Positions 1 through 11,610 of a DNA stretch of 64,000 nt are shown piece by piece. The translations under genes were made by a program, and so were the position numbers. The DNA lies in NCBI RefSeq assembly GCF_020745735.1, contig NW_026869034.1, forward strand, positions 62,001 to 126,000, written 5' to 3'. The notes under the pieces are model-generated. The model ran no database searches and was not told the DNA's origin. It worked only from the letters and a program-made list of their open reading frames with translations. The first letter of the stretch is position 1; each line of letters starts with the position of its first letter. This stretch comes from Hemiscyllium ocellatum (taxonomy: Eukaryota).

Positions 1-1341
1 CAGTGGTGGGCAAAGTCTTAGAGAGAATGGTAAGGGATAAGATTTATGAACATCTGGGTAGGAATAACGTGATCAGGGATAGCTAGCATGGTTTTGTGAA
101 GGGCAGGTCGTGCCTCACAAACCTTATTGAGTTCTTTGAGAAGGTGACTAAGGAAGTGGACGAGGGTAAAGCAGTAGATGTTGTGTATATGGATTTTAGT
201 AAGGCGTTCGATAAGGTTCCCCATGGTAGGCTAATGCTAAAACTACGGAGGTATGGCATTGAGGATACATTAGAGGTTTGGATTAGGAATTGGCTGGCTG
301 GAAGGAGACAGAGGGTAGTAGTTGATGGATTATGTTCATCTTGGAGCACAGTTACTAGCGGTGTACCACAAGGATCTGTTTTGGGACCATTGCTTTTTGT
401 TATCTTTATAAATGATGTAGAGGAAGGACTTGAAAGCTGGGTAAGCAAGTTTGCGGATGACACAAAAGTCGGTGGAGTTGTGGATAGTGAGGAAGGAAGT
501 GGTAGGTTACAGCGGGATATAGATAAGTTGCAGAGCTGGGCGGAAATGTGGCAAATGGAATTCAATGTAGCTAAGTGTGAAGTCTTTCACTTTGGTAGGA
601 ATAACAAGATGATGGATTACTGGGCTAATGGTAGGCTACTTGGTAGTGTGGATGAGCAGAGGGATCTTGGTGTCCATGTACACAGATCTCTGAAAGTTGC
701 CACCCAGGTAAATAGTGCTGTGAGGAAGGCATATGGTGTACTGGGCTTTATTGGCAGAGGAATTGAGTTCCGGAGTCCTGAGGTCATGTTGCAGTTGTAT
801 AAGACTCTGGTGAGGCCTCATCTGGAGTATTCTGTGCAGTTTTCGTCGCCATACTATAGGAAGGATGTGGAAGCTTTAGAACGAGTGCAGAGGAGGTTTA
901 CCAGGATGTTGCCTGGAATGGTAGGAAAATCTTATGAGGAAAGGCTGAGGCACTTGGGGCTGTTCTCATTGGAGAAGAGAAGGTTTAGGGGAGATCTGAT
1001 AGAAGTGTATAAGATGATTAGGGGTTTAGATAGGGTAGATACTAAGAACCTTTTACCGCTAATGGAGTCAGGTGTTACTAGGGGACATAGCTTTAAATTA
1101 AGGGGTGGTAGGTATAGGACAGATGTTAGGGGTAGATTCTTCACACAGCGGGTTGTGAGTTCATGGAATGCCCTGCCCGTATCAGTGGTGAACTCTCCTT
1201 CTTTATGGTCATTTAAGCGGGCATTGGATAGGCATTTGGAAGTTATTGGGCTAGTATAGGTTAGGTAGGATTCGGTCGGCGCAACATCGAGGGCCGAAGG
1301 GCCTGTACTGCGCTGTATCCTTCTATGTTCTATGTTCTATG
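1..1341 (+). mobile_element. CR1-clade LINE, 3' part with open RT frame (ORF 96-1259) and (TTCTATG)n tail
   Basis: ORF has RT motifs YMDFSKAFDKVPH, GVPQGSVLGP, FADD and the CR1 C-terminus (RVQRRFTRM, LRGDLIE). The 3' UTR ends in ttctatgttctatgttctatg at 1321-1341. Confidence 0.95.
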
Positions 1342-3200
1342 AATCAACATGATGTGTAAGGAGTTTAGCAATTCCCAGGTTATACCCACATATCTCCCTA
1401 TGTGATTACGCTAACTATTTCAGGATATTTCGATTTTCATCTGGAAGTTAACTCAGCAATTTATTTTAGTTTTCCAGAACTTCCACATTGTTCAATTTAA
1501 TTTTACGAATGTCCAATTCTCAATCATCTGAAATTGTTTCGTCACTCTGTATTGTAACTAATAACACATTTCTTTTGTTTTCGTATCAAAATAGATTTTG
1601 AACCAAACACATCTCTTCAAGCCACAAAGTGGTCACAGATTTATGTGGATCCGTAAGCTCTTCAGACCCTTCAGCATGCTCTGCTGTTCAAAATGACCGT
1701 GGCAGATTATTCAACTCAGTGCCCTGTCCCATCATTATTTCTGCAGGCTTTGATCTCTTTAGCCGTAAAACAAAATATGTTTTGTACTCAATCAATTTCC
1801 ATGACAGTGAATTTAAAGAGTCATCACTGTCAGGGTGAAGAAAAGTTTCCTCATCTCAGTCCAAAATACCCGAGCTAGTATGCTTAGAGCACGAGCCCTG
1901 GTTCTGGACTGCCCAGCCGTGGAGAACATCCTTCCTGGTTATCTGATTCTGGATATAAGCAGTGGCTTGTGCTGCACCTTGTGATCTTAGCCTGGGTCAT
2001 GTATGGGGAGGGTTATTCTCAGTATTGCCACACTTTGACAGTGCAAGTCAACCTATTTCTGATAGCTAGCTGGAAAGAAGGTAGCTATTTGTTGATAAGG
2101 AGAGATAGGGCTGTATGCTCACTAACCGTATTCAAAACAGAAGAATGATCAATTGAGGAGAGATATTAGAGGACATTTTGTAGCTTTACTGGTGGACTCT
2201 GATAACCATTACTGGCTCCCGTAGACACACGGGGAATCAGCAAAGGTGACCCAAAGTGCTGATTCCTAATTAGAGATGTTGCACTTTCTCAATGAGAACA
2301 GCACATTGGTTGAAGAAGTTTTCTTTTTTTTAATTAAAACGTTCAGAGATGTATAACACACCTCTGAAGTAGTTGGGACAGGAATTTAAGACGACTAATT
2401 CTAATCGAGGAACTTGAGCCTATTGATCATGGGGTAGGGAGACCCTCATTCTTCCATAAGAGTCCTGTTTTGCATTTCATACAGAATCGATGCAATTGCC
2501 CTTAATTGCTTCATTAATCTTTGGAGATGTAAATTATAAGCCGCGTGTCAGAATGCTGAGTGTTGCTCAGGCGCCACTGAGTAGTATGCTGATCTTTGAG
2601 TTGGAAGTTTGAGGGTTCAAGATCTACCCTCGGGGTTAGAATAGACGAATGGATACTGCCACAGCAGTGCTGTCCTGAGATAATCCTGGACATCAGATAT
2701 CTATGAAGCATTAAACCAAAGCCAATTCTGCCCTCTAAAGGGACCATTTTATTATTCTGAATTAAAGTGAGGAGATTATACCTGGTGGCCTGGCCAATAT
2801 TTATCGCTTAGTCCTGTAAGCAGATGCTCTGGTCATTATCTCCTTCCTGGCTTTCTCATGGTACACAAATTAGATATCACGTTTTTGATATGTGACTACA
2901 TGATCAAAAATACTTTGGTTGTTGAAAGAATATATCTGATTGAAAATTGCCTTTGTCAGAATATGCATGTATTATTGATCAACTTTGTTGTTCATTCTTC
3001 ACTCTCTTCACTCTCCGCTGTAAGAAAACGCTCCTTTCCAACTTCCATCAAAAGAGAACGAGACAAAGCTCAGTACTGTAATATATCATTTGATACTAAC
3101 ATCTGGATCAAGCTAAAATACCATCCAATGCAAATATAAAACAAATTGAACCAGTTTTAAAGGATTAAAACAAATTATATTTTTCACCATTGTAGGAGAC

Positions 3201-4085
3201 AGTGAGGACTGCAGATGCTGGGGATCAGAGCTTAAAAACGTGTTGCTGGAAATGCGCAGCTGGTCAGGCAGCATCAAAGGAGAAGGAGATTCGACGTTTT
3301 GGGCAGAAACTCTTCTTCAGGAATGAGGAGGGTGTGGCAAGCAGGTTAAGATAAAAGGTAGGGAGGAGGGACTTGGGGTGGGGCGATGGTAATGCGATAG
3401 GTGGAAGGAGGTTAAGGTGAGGGTGATAGGCTGGAGAGGGGGTGGAGCGGAGAGGTCGGGAAGAACATTGCAGGTCAAGGAGGCGGTGCTGAGTCTGAGG
3501 TTTGGGACTGAGAAAAGGTGGGGAGAGGGGAACGGAGGATGCTGGAGCAATCTGCATTCTTCCCTTGTGGTTGGAGTTTTCATAGGCGAAAGATGAGTTG
3601 CTCTTCCTCCAGGAGTCGTGTTGCCATGGTCTGGCGATGGAGGAGGCCAAGGACCTGCCTGTCCATGACGGAGTGGGAGGGGGAGTGAACGTGTTCAACC
3701 ATGGGGCGGTTGTGTTGTTTGGTGTGGGTTCCCAGAGGTGTTCTCTGAAACATTTCGCAAGTAGGCGCCTGTCTCCCCAATATCTAGGAGGCCACATCGA
3801 GTGCAGAGGATGCAGTAAATGATGTGTGTGGAGGTGCAGGTGAATTTCTGATGGATATTGAATGATCCCTTGGGGCCTTGGAGGGAAGTGAGGATGGAGA
3901 TGTGGGCGCAAAGTGCCGGGAGTGGAGATTTGGTTTGTGGAGGGGTGTGGGGGTGGGGGTTGGGGTGTGTGTGGATCTGACAAGGAAGTCCCGGAGGGAG
4001 TGGTCTTTCCAGAACGCTGATAGGGGTGGGGTCCATTTGGAGGTGGCGGAAATGACGAAGGATGATCCGATGTATCTGGAGTGTC
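3201..4085 (-). mobile_element. Penelope-like element 3' fragment (GIY-YIG endonuclease remnant and terminal repeat)
   Basis: Minus-strand translation contains FTCTSTHIIYCILCTRCGLLDIGETG (GIY-YIG-like). The terminal sequence recurs at 4657 and 35708. Confidence 0.75.
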
Positions 4086-4160
4086 AAGTACGAGCAAACA
4101 GTCGTGTCTGTTCCAATCACTTTTATCTTGCCTAAAGAATAGGCAAGGGAAAAGAACAGT

Positions 4161-4445
4161 GGGCGGCACAATGGCACAGTAGCTAGCATTACTGCCTCAC
4201 CGCGCAAGAGACCCGGGTTCCCTGCCTCAGGCAACTGTCTGTGTACACACGGGGAGTTTGCACATTCTACCCCCGTGTGCGTGGGTTTCCTCCGGGTGAT
4301 TTGGTTTCATCCCACAGTCTAAAATCGTGCAAGTTAGGTGAATTGGCAATGCTAATTTGTTAGGTGAAGGAGTAAATTTAGGGAATGGCTGGGTTGCTGT
4401 TCGGTGTGGACGTGTTGGACCTGTTTCCACACTATTAGTTATCTA
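4161..4445 (+). mobile_element. tRNA-derived SINE (shark HE1-like)
   Basis: Head gggcggcacaatggcacagtagctagc...cccgggttc with A/B-box-like motifs. The same body recurs many times in the window. Confidence 0.8.
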
Positions 4446-4656
4446 AACAGTGCATTACGGACTCCTTCAATTCGAGAATGAGGAGAGGAATACAGTGTGG
4501 ACCAGTAATTAACGGCAAACATATTATTCTGCAGAATATAATAGATGTGTAGCGGAATATATTAAAATGAGAGAAGCTGAAGTGGGATATTGTCAGTCGA
4601 ATGCTTTATCAGCTTGTTAATAATCGGGTCAGCCAGAGTCTTATTGAATGGTGGAG

Positions 4657-4815
4657 AAAGTGAGGTCTGCAGATGCCGGATATCAGAGCTGAAAATGTGT
4701 TGCTGGAAAAGCGCAGCAGGTTAGGCAGCATCCAAGGAACAGGAAATTCGACATTCGGGCATAAGCACTTCACCAGGAATGAGGAATGTGGGTCCAGCAG
4801 GCTAAGATAAAAGAT
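4657..4815 (-). mobile_element. Penelope-like terminal fragment
   Basis: Close match to 3201-3350 (gtgaggtctgcagatgc...tgttgctggaaaagcgcagcagg). Confidence 0.65.
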
Positions 4816-5165
4816 AAGATCTCAATTCCTCTACATCTTTTCCTGCTAGGGTAGAGAGAGTTTTGCTCTATATCAAACCTGTGCATCATATGACTTCAAT
4901 CTGCCTTTCTTAGTTGCATAATTGCATGGAGTTTTTTTTTCTCTTATGTCAATAGCCTGGGCTTTGTCCAAAGTTTAAGATGTTTTTACTGACATTATTG
5001 ATTTTCTGTATCCCATCGGGTAGATTCATTGCAGTCAGTAATGGAAAATATAGCAGATCAAATATAATGCTGTTAATTGGTCTCACATTTTTTAAAAGGG
5101 ATAAATATATGCTGTTCTATGAACCATGGGTTTTAAAAGCCTTTTCAGTAGAGCCACTGCTGATT

Positions 5166-5753
5166 TAGCAGAGGGATTGAATTCAAGAGTTCAAGAGTCG
5201 TGAAGTGATGTTGCAGCTGTTCAGGACTTTGGTTAGGCCACATTTGTATTACTCTGTGCAGTTCTGGTCGCCTCACTTTAGGAAAGATGTGGAAGCTTTG
5301 GAGAGGGTGCAGAGAAGATTTACCAGGATGTTGCCTGGAATGGAGAATAGGTCGTACGAGGATAGGTTGAGAGTTCTCGGCCTTTTCGCGTTTGAACGGC
5401 GAAGGATGAGGGGTGACTTGATAGAGGTTGAAAAGATGATCAGAGGAATAGATAGAGTAGACAGTCAGAGACTTTTCCCCCGGGTACAACAGAGTGTTAC
5501 AAGGGGACATAAACTTAAGGTGAAGAGTGGAAGGTATAGGGGAGATGTCAGGGGTGGGTTCTTTACCCAGAGAGTGGTGGGGCCATGGAATGCGCTGCCC
5601 TTGGGATTGGTAGAGTCAGAATCATTGGCGAACTTTAAGCGGCAATTGGATAGGTACATGGATGGGTGCTTAATCTAGAATAGATGTTCAGCACAACCTC
5701 CTGGGCCGAAGGGCCTGTTCTGTGCTGTATTGTTCTATGTTCTATGTTCTATG
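5166..5753 (+). mobile_element. 5'-truncated CR1 LINE 3' end
   Basis: ORF 5205-5678 is homologous to the C-terminus of ORF 96-1259. (TTCTATG)n tail at 5731-5753. Confidence 0.93.
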
Positions 5754-6550
5754 ATTTACTCAATGTGCTGGAGAACTCACTGATACTGAAACATCTATAA
5801 TCTGCGATGAGGATAAAATACAAACTGACTGGAACTGCAAATTATCAGAAAATTTAGGGAACCGTGAGAGACTGGGGAATAAGCTCAGAATACAGAGGCA
5901 CTGCAAACCCAAATACCCATTGACAAAGCTTCTCGAGATGAACTATGATGTGGTTCTGCACTATTCGGCTCTGATCTCTGTTCAGAACCAATGCATCTCT
6001 GTCAAACCTATGTCGTTTGTAGAAAAACATAATGTCTGCGAGAAGGCAACTACAAAGCTCTCTTGCGATAATGTGACGTGGTATCAAATGAAAGTTGGAG
6101 TATCTCCTTATAAGGCTTCTTGCATCGTTTCAAGTGGCAGCTGAATTTGGGGATCCGACATCTGTTACTATCGAATTGGATGAAATCTTGATCGTAGTTC
6201 CTTTATTTACATTTCCCTATCTTTTAGGTTTGCCACATTTCTTTCTTAAAGAGGCAATGGGTTTGAGATATTTTTAGTGCTGTCCATAGGATAGCCGTGC
6301 TCCTGCCACTGTACAACTTCATATTGATATCTGCCTTTAAAAATAATCTGAATCTATGATCACATTCTGATGTAGGGACTGAGCAGGTCTCATAATAGAA
6401 TGACTAACTCTTCAACTGCTGTAAACCAATTTTCAAACTGGCATCATCAGAAAGGTGCTTTTGGTGCCACATTCACTATTCAGAATAGCAATTATTTTTT
6501 TCTTAATTTAATTAATAATGTGTTGTTTGCATGTGCATGTGGTTTGTCTC

Positions 6551-6750
6551 TGTTTTTGGTCCTCAATGGCTTTTATATTCTTGCTGTGTAGGATCAAAGG
6601 CAAAGTAATACGATTCTTCTCTCTCCACAATGTCGTTGTTGCTGATTTTCCTCTGAGACCAGTACAGAACGCTACCAGTTCATTGTAAGCCTGATATATT
6701 GCAGTTCAGTTTCACCTACGCCAGCTGGTACAACATGGAAATTTGAGTAT
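6551..6750 (-). pseudogene. Internally deleted antigen-receptor V-segment relic with 22-bp-spacer RSS
   Basis: One frame reads VKLNCNISGLQ*TGSVLYWSQRK...IVEREESYYFAFD (Cys 6701-6703, Trp at +14 residues, YYF in place of YYC). It is followed by CACAGCA (6588-6582), a 22-nt spacer and CCAAAAACA (6559-6551). Confidence 0.55.
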
Positions 6751-9700
6751 TGTTCAAAATAAAGTTTATTTTTAAATTTAAGATTTTAATATTGTACTTA
6801 ACAGGACACTCTAAAGAATACTAATGGAAAGCGAGAAAACATGAGCAATGAGTGTGGATTGGTGAAGACATGTAGAATGGACCAGGTGATGATTCGCATT
6901 TAACTGCCAATGCTTGTTGTGGCTTGTTTTGATTCGACAAAATTGTGATGACCATTCCCTGATTCATTTGGCAGAGCAACACCTTGCCCACTCAGGCAAC
7001 CTGCCAATTGAAAATTTGACAACCTGCCGAATGTCCGTCACCATCTGACCAGTCCATTTTCCATTGGTAACATCTCGAACAGTCATTGTGCACTTCCAAA
7101 ACATCAGAAATCTTTTCTTGTGCAGTGTAAAATGTTGGTTCCCTTTATGTCAAAATTCTTGCAGCTATCCTGATGAATGCGAGGCAAAACAACAAAAAAT
7201 GCTTAATTTCTGTATTTGGAAACAACCCTTTGAATATGGGAAACCTTTGCTAATAGAGTATCCAACATTCAGCTGATATGATGGAAACGGAACAAGTTTT
7301 AGAAATTGAAATGACTTAACCCTCTGACAAGCCCAATTTGTTCATGCAAATCCTCTTTGAATATTGTATCAGTGTGGCTGTTGAAAGAAAGCTTGGGAAA
7401 ATTGTTTATTTCTGTAAACTGCTATTTAATGAACTGCTGAAACTATGGAAAATATATTTTATTGCATTTACAAATCTAAGATATCTTGTGAAATCAGGAG
7501 ATGTACACAGCGCAAATAAAAATCCCATTTAATGCTGGCCTGAACAAGAATGGTAAACTTAAATTTCTGCTTATAGAGAAAGGTCTGAGATTTTAACTGG
7601 CTAACTCTCATTAAATGTATTCAATTTAAATTTAGTTCTATCTCTAAATTCTTTAAGGCTTTGATCAACACTCTCTCTTGTACCCTTTATATAACACTCT
7701 GATCTTTGCTTCTCTGATTGAATTATGTCTTATTTTTGTCCATGAGTATGGTCAAGCCTCTTTCATTCGCTGTAGTCTATGATAAACTTCCTCAGATTCC
7801 CTCTGGTACTCATTCACTCTTTGAAAGCTTGCCTAAAAACTTGTTTACTGTTTTACGGTGCATCCTCTTCCAGTTAAAGCTACTCATAAATGTGAGTATT
7901 TAATGTCTACATTGGCAAATTTAATTAATACTTATTGGAATCTATCTGCTAAACCTTTAGCAAAACTGAACCAGCAAACAGCTTCAAACTGTGCACACGC
8001 CCAACACAAAACATTGCTGCCTCTCATTGACTTTTCAAATGCACTGCTCCATTCCAAATAGCAGACCACCCTTTGTCATTCGTAGAAATTTGTTTCTGAT
8101 GGATGTAAGTGGTTTTTCTGTACCTCCGTCATTTTTGGTGGACTCATATCAAGTTACACTTTGGAATTTGATAGTAAGGCCAAGATTGTTTATATTGATC
8201 CAGTTTCCCAGCCCTTCGTGTTCTTGAGAATTGGAATGGGACTGGGTTCTATCAGCCCTCTAAGGATAGGCTGCAGGGTCAATAGGTGGATAAGAGGTTG
8301 GAAGATGCCTGGGGAAGGAAGGAGATTCAGTGCCTCCCTTATTACCACCTCTGTATCTCCATAATATTTTATTGATCCCAAATTAGGGAACGGATAGCCA
8401 CTCAGGTGGTCAATGTAGAGTCTGTTGCCGCCAATGCTGGCAGTTTACTTGCAGTAGGTGGGTCTTCCATTGTGTGGGAGTCCTCCTCCTGCATCCTAGA
8501 TGCACGCCTGCAGGATGCCCCTGCTAAAGAAGTACCTCATGACTCACAACAGGGTAGCCCATCTGCATACTTGAACAGTCTCCTGTCCATGGCAGCGATC
8601 ATTACAGGAACTGGAAATCAAAGTAATTGAGTGAAAGATGCCGTGAGGCCTCGAGTGTCCACAACATTCCCAGGACCAGGTTGGCAGGCCCTCCTGAGGC
8701 CATTAATGATTCAACAAAATCCCCCATTTGGTTCATGGGCAACGGGGTAAACTTTCTCCGAGGAAGAGTATTGTGATTACTGCTGTTTCAGTGAAGAGTG
8801 GCCACGAGATAAAATCATTTGCATTCAGTGTTGTACACTTTTGTGTCTTTTTTTTTGTGAAATTCTTTATAATTCCTCGAAATATTCTTAATGCACTGTT
8901 TGCTTCATAGCATAGTGATTTTCTACATAGGATGACAGAGGGAATACAGAACAGAAACAGAGCATTTGGCTTAATCAGTTCATGTCAGTGGTTATGCTCC
9001 ACTCAAGCTGTTTCAAATCTTTTGTCATCTTAGTCGCCCATTACAATTCTCTATTCCTATCCCTTCCAAGTGCTCACCTAGATTCTTTGAAATACATCTA
9101 AACTATTGATGTGAACTATTCTGTCTGGTCACATATTCCCCATTCTGGTCATTCTTTCAGTGAGGAGGTTTCTTCTGAGGCACTGTCTTATATTTTCAGC
9201 CTCTAATTATATTCTACCCCATAGAGAAATGTTTTCTTGGTACGTTCCCTTTTCAAAATCTTTCATATTTTTAGAACTGTCAGCCTTCTTTTCAAGAGAG
9301 AAGTGAACAGCACGACAATTATTCCCTGATATACACAGCCATAAACTTGTTTATCATTTTGTAAACCTTCTCTTCACTTCTCGTACATTCTATAATGCGT
9401 CAACTGGAACTGCAGGCAATAACCTTAATTGTAGTCAACCAATTTTTATAAGGACCCTACTTTCAAATCTATCACTTTAGAGATAAAGCTTAGAGCTTTG
9501 TTTGCATTTTTATGGTCTTTGGAACCATTGATAAAATTGTTAGTGACTGATGTAATTGTCTTAGATCCCTTTGTTTGTCTCACTCACTTAAACGTACATA
9601 TTTGAACAAGACATAACACCTTACGTTTATGAGTGTGTGGTTATTCATTTGCTAATTATTTGGCCATACTGGAAGTTAATTATTGACAGGTTGCAACTTC

Positions 9701-10184
9701 TTGTATTCCTCAGAGTTGGCTATCTTTCAACATTCCTCGTCAAATTTGGTGTCTTTGAAATGCTAAACATTTTTGTAATAATTACAGACAATATTTAATT
9801 TGCAGTTTTACTTGGCTTTGATTTTTTGGCTTAAGTACCTAGAGAGGTGCAGTAATCTGCACAGTAAAGTAACAACGAAACGGAAAATGACAGACAGATA
9901 AAAATTATTACCAACACAGGGCTAATTAATAGGCTCTGTGAACTGCAAGAACAAAATAGGGAATTATTTTTACACGAATGATATGGAGAGATTATCCGTA
10001 GTGTAATTACTTTTTGATCATTTCTTTTGGTTGCATTTTATTTCCCCAGGTCTTTCTGTGCGACTGGTATCAAATTGAAAGGGCACCCACCCTCCATTTT
10101 AAACTAACTGATGGTAAAAAGAAATGATTTACGAAGCCATCGCTCCAGGCTTATACATATCCGCAGCCACCTAGAGTAATGCAT

Positions 10185-10632
10185 GGTGTGGCTGATTAGG
10201 CTGTGGCTGATTTCCCTGCAGCGTTGGAGGCTTAGGGGTGACTTTATAAATGTTCATCAAATCATGAGCGGCATGGAGACTGTGAATATAAAATTGCTCT
10301 TCCCTGGGGTGAGCAGAGTCTCACTTTAAACCTATGCTCGTGAGTGGAGGTTTATGGTGAGAAGGGGAAACGATGAAAGTACCTTAGGAGTGACTTTTTC
10401 ATGCAGAGGAGGGGGGTATTTGGAATGAACTGCCAGAGGAAGTGATGGAGGCTGTTGCAATTTCAACATTTAGAAAGCATCTGAATGTGTATATGAACAG
10501 GAAGGGTTTAGAGGGATATGGGCCAAGTACTGGCAAATGGGAATAGATTAGTTGAAGATATCCGGTCAACATGGACGAGTGAGACCAAACGTTTGTTTCC
10601 AAATTGTACATCTCTATGATTCTATGACTCTA
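10185..10632 (+). mobile_element. Degenerate CR1 3' fragment
   Basis: Decayed RLRGD / RVV..WN-LP..VVEA region followed by a ctctatgattctatgactcta tail. Confidence 0.75.
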
Positions 10633-10649
10633 CTCCTTTGCTGTTAATG

Positions 10650-11610
10650 TACCCGGAGAATCTCTTTGGATTATCTTTAACATTATCTACCAAGTCTTGC
10701 CCATTTTTCCTTTCATCACCTCCTCACCTCCCTGTTTAGAATGCTCCTACATCTCTTGTACTCTTTGATATTCACTTGATCTCATTTATCTATGTCTATT
10801 ATAAGAATCGTTCTTCTTCTTAACCAGAGCCTCAATATCTTTATTTCTCCAGTATTCCATCCTCTTACCAGCTTTACCTTGACTCTAACAGGATCATCAA
10901 GCCTCTAAACTCTTATTATCTCACTCCTAAAAGCCTCGCTCTTGCTGGCCATCTCTTTAGCTGCAGAAAGTCTACTCCAATCAACCTTTGAAAGTTTTTG
11001 TCTCATACTATCAAAATTTGCCCTAGCCCAATCAAGAACATTAACTTATATATAATACCAATCTTTTCTATTGGTATTTTACAACTAATTAAATTAATGT
11101 CCCGGCCCCAAACTGCTCCCCTACTAACCCTTCAGTCACTTGCCCTGCCTGAAACCAGAGGTTTGCTCATTCTATGGTAGTTTCATCGGCATATTAATGA
11201 AGACAAATTCCTTCAACACTTAACGGTTTCCTCAGCATCCGAGCTCTTAAGATCATGCCTGTCCCACTTTATGTTTGGAAGGTTAAAATTTGCTGTTATT
11301 AAAATCCTAAAATTCTTACGTATACATGAGATCTGTCAACATATTTGCTACTCAATTTCATTCAGACCACCAGGGGGACTATTACAATAACATCAAATTA
11401 ATTGTGCTTTCCTTATTTCTGAGTCTCATCCACATAGGTTTACTGGACCATCCCTCACAAATACCTTCTGTTAGAAGAGCTCTAATACTTCACCACAATT
11501 AAAATTGCTTCCAATCTCCTTTTAACTCTTCCTACTTCTGCTGTACCTTTGATGGTGTGAGTTGCCCTTGAGGACTTCGAACATAAATTATTCAATTTAC
11601 TGGTGATGGT
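10650..11610 (-). mobile_element. Degenerate CR1 ORF2 endonuclease-region fragment
   Basis: Pyrimidine-rich + strand typical of an antisense CR1, with a decayed YYRPP-like motif near 11365-11390 on the minus strand. Confidence 0.5.

Noticed and set aside
83-565. Long antisense ORFs over LINE and Penelope sequence (also 3264-4169, 51876-52346, 59368-59580)
   Set aside because: These are opposite-strand shadows of retroelement ORFs or chimeras across an inversion junction.
1700-1760. J-like MGQGTELNNLP on the minus strand
   Set aside because: No F/W before GxG, no upstream RSS and no clear splice donor.
7160-7276. IWKQ...GKPLLIEY as FR2-like sequence
   Set aside because: Isolated motif with extra residues and no flanking Cys.
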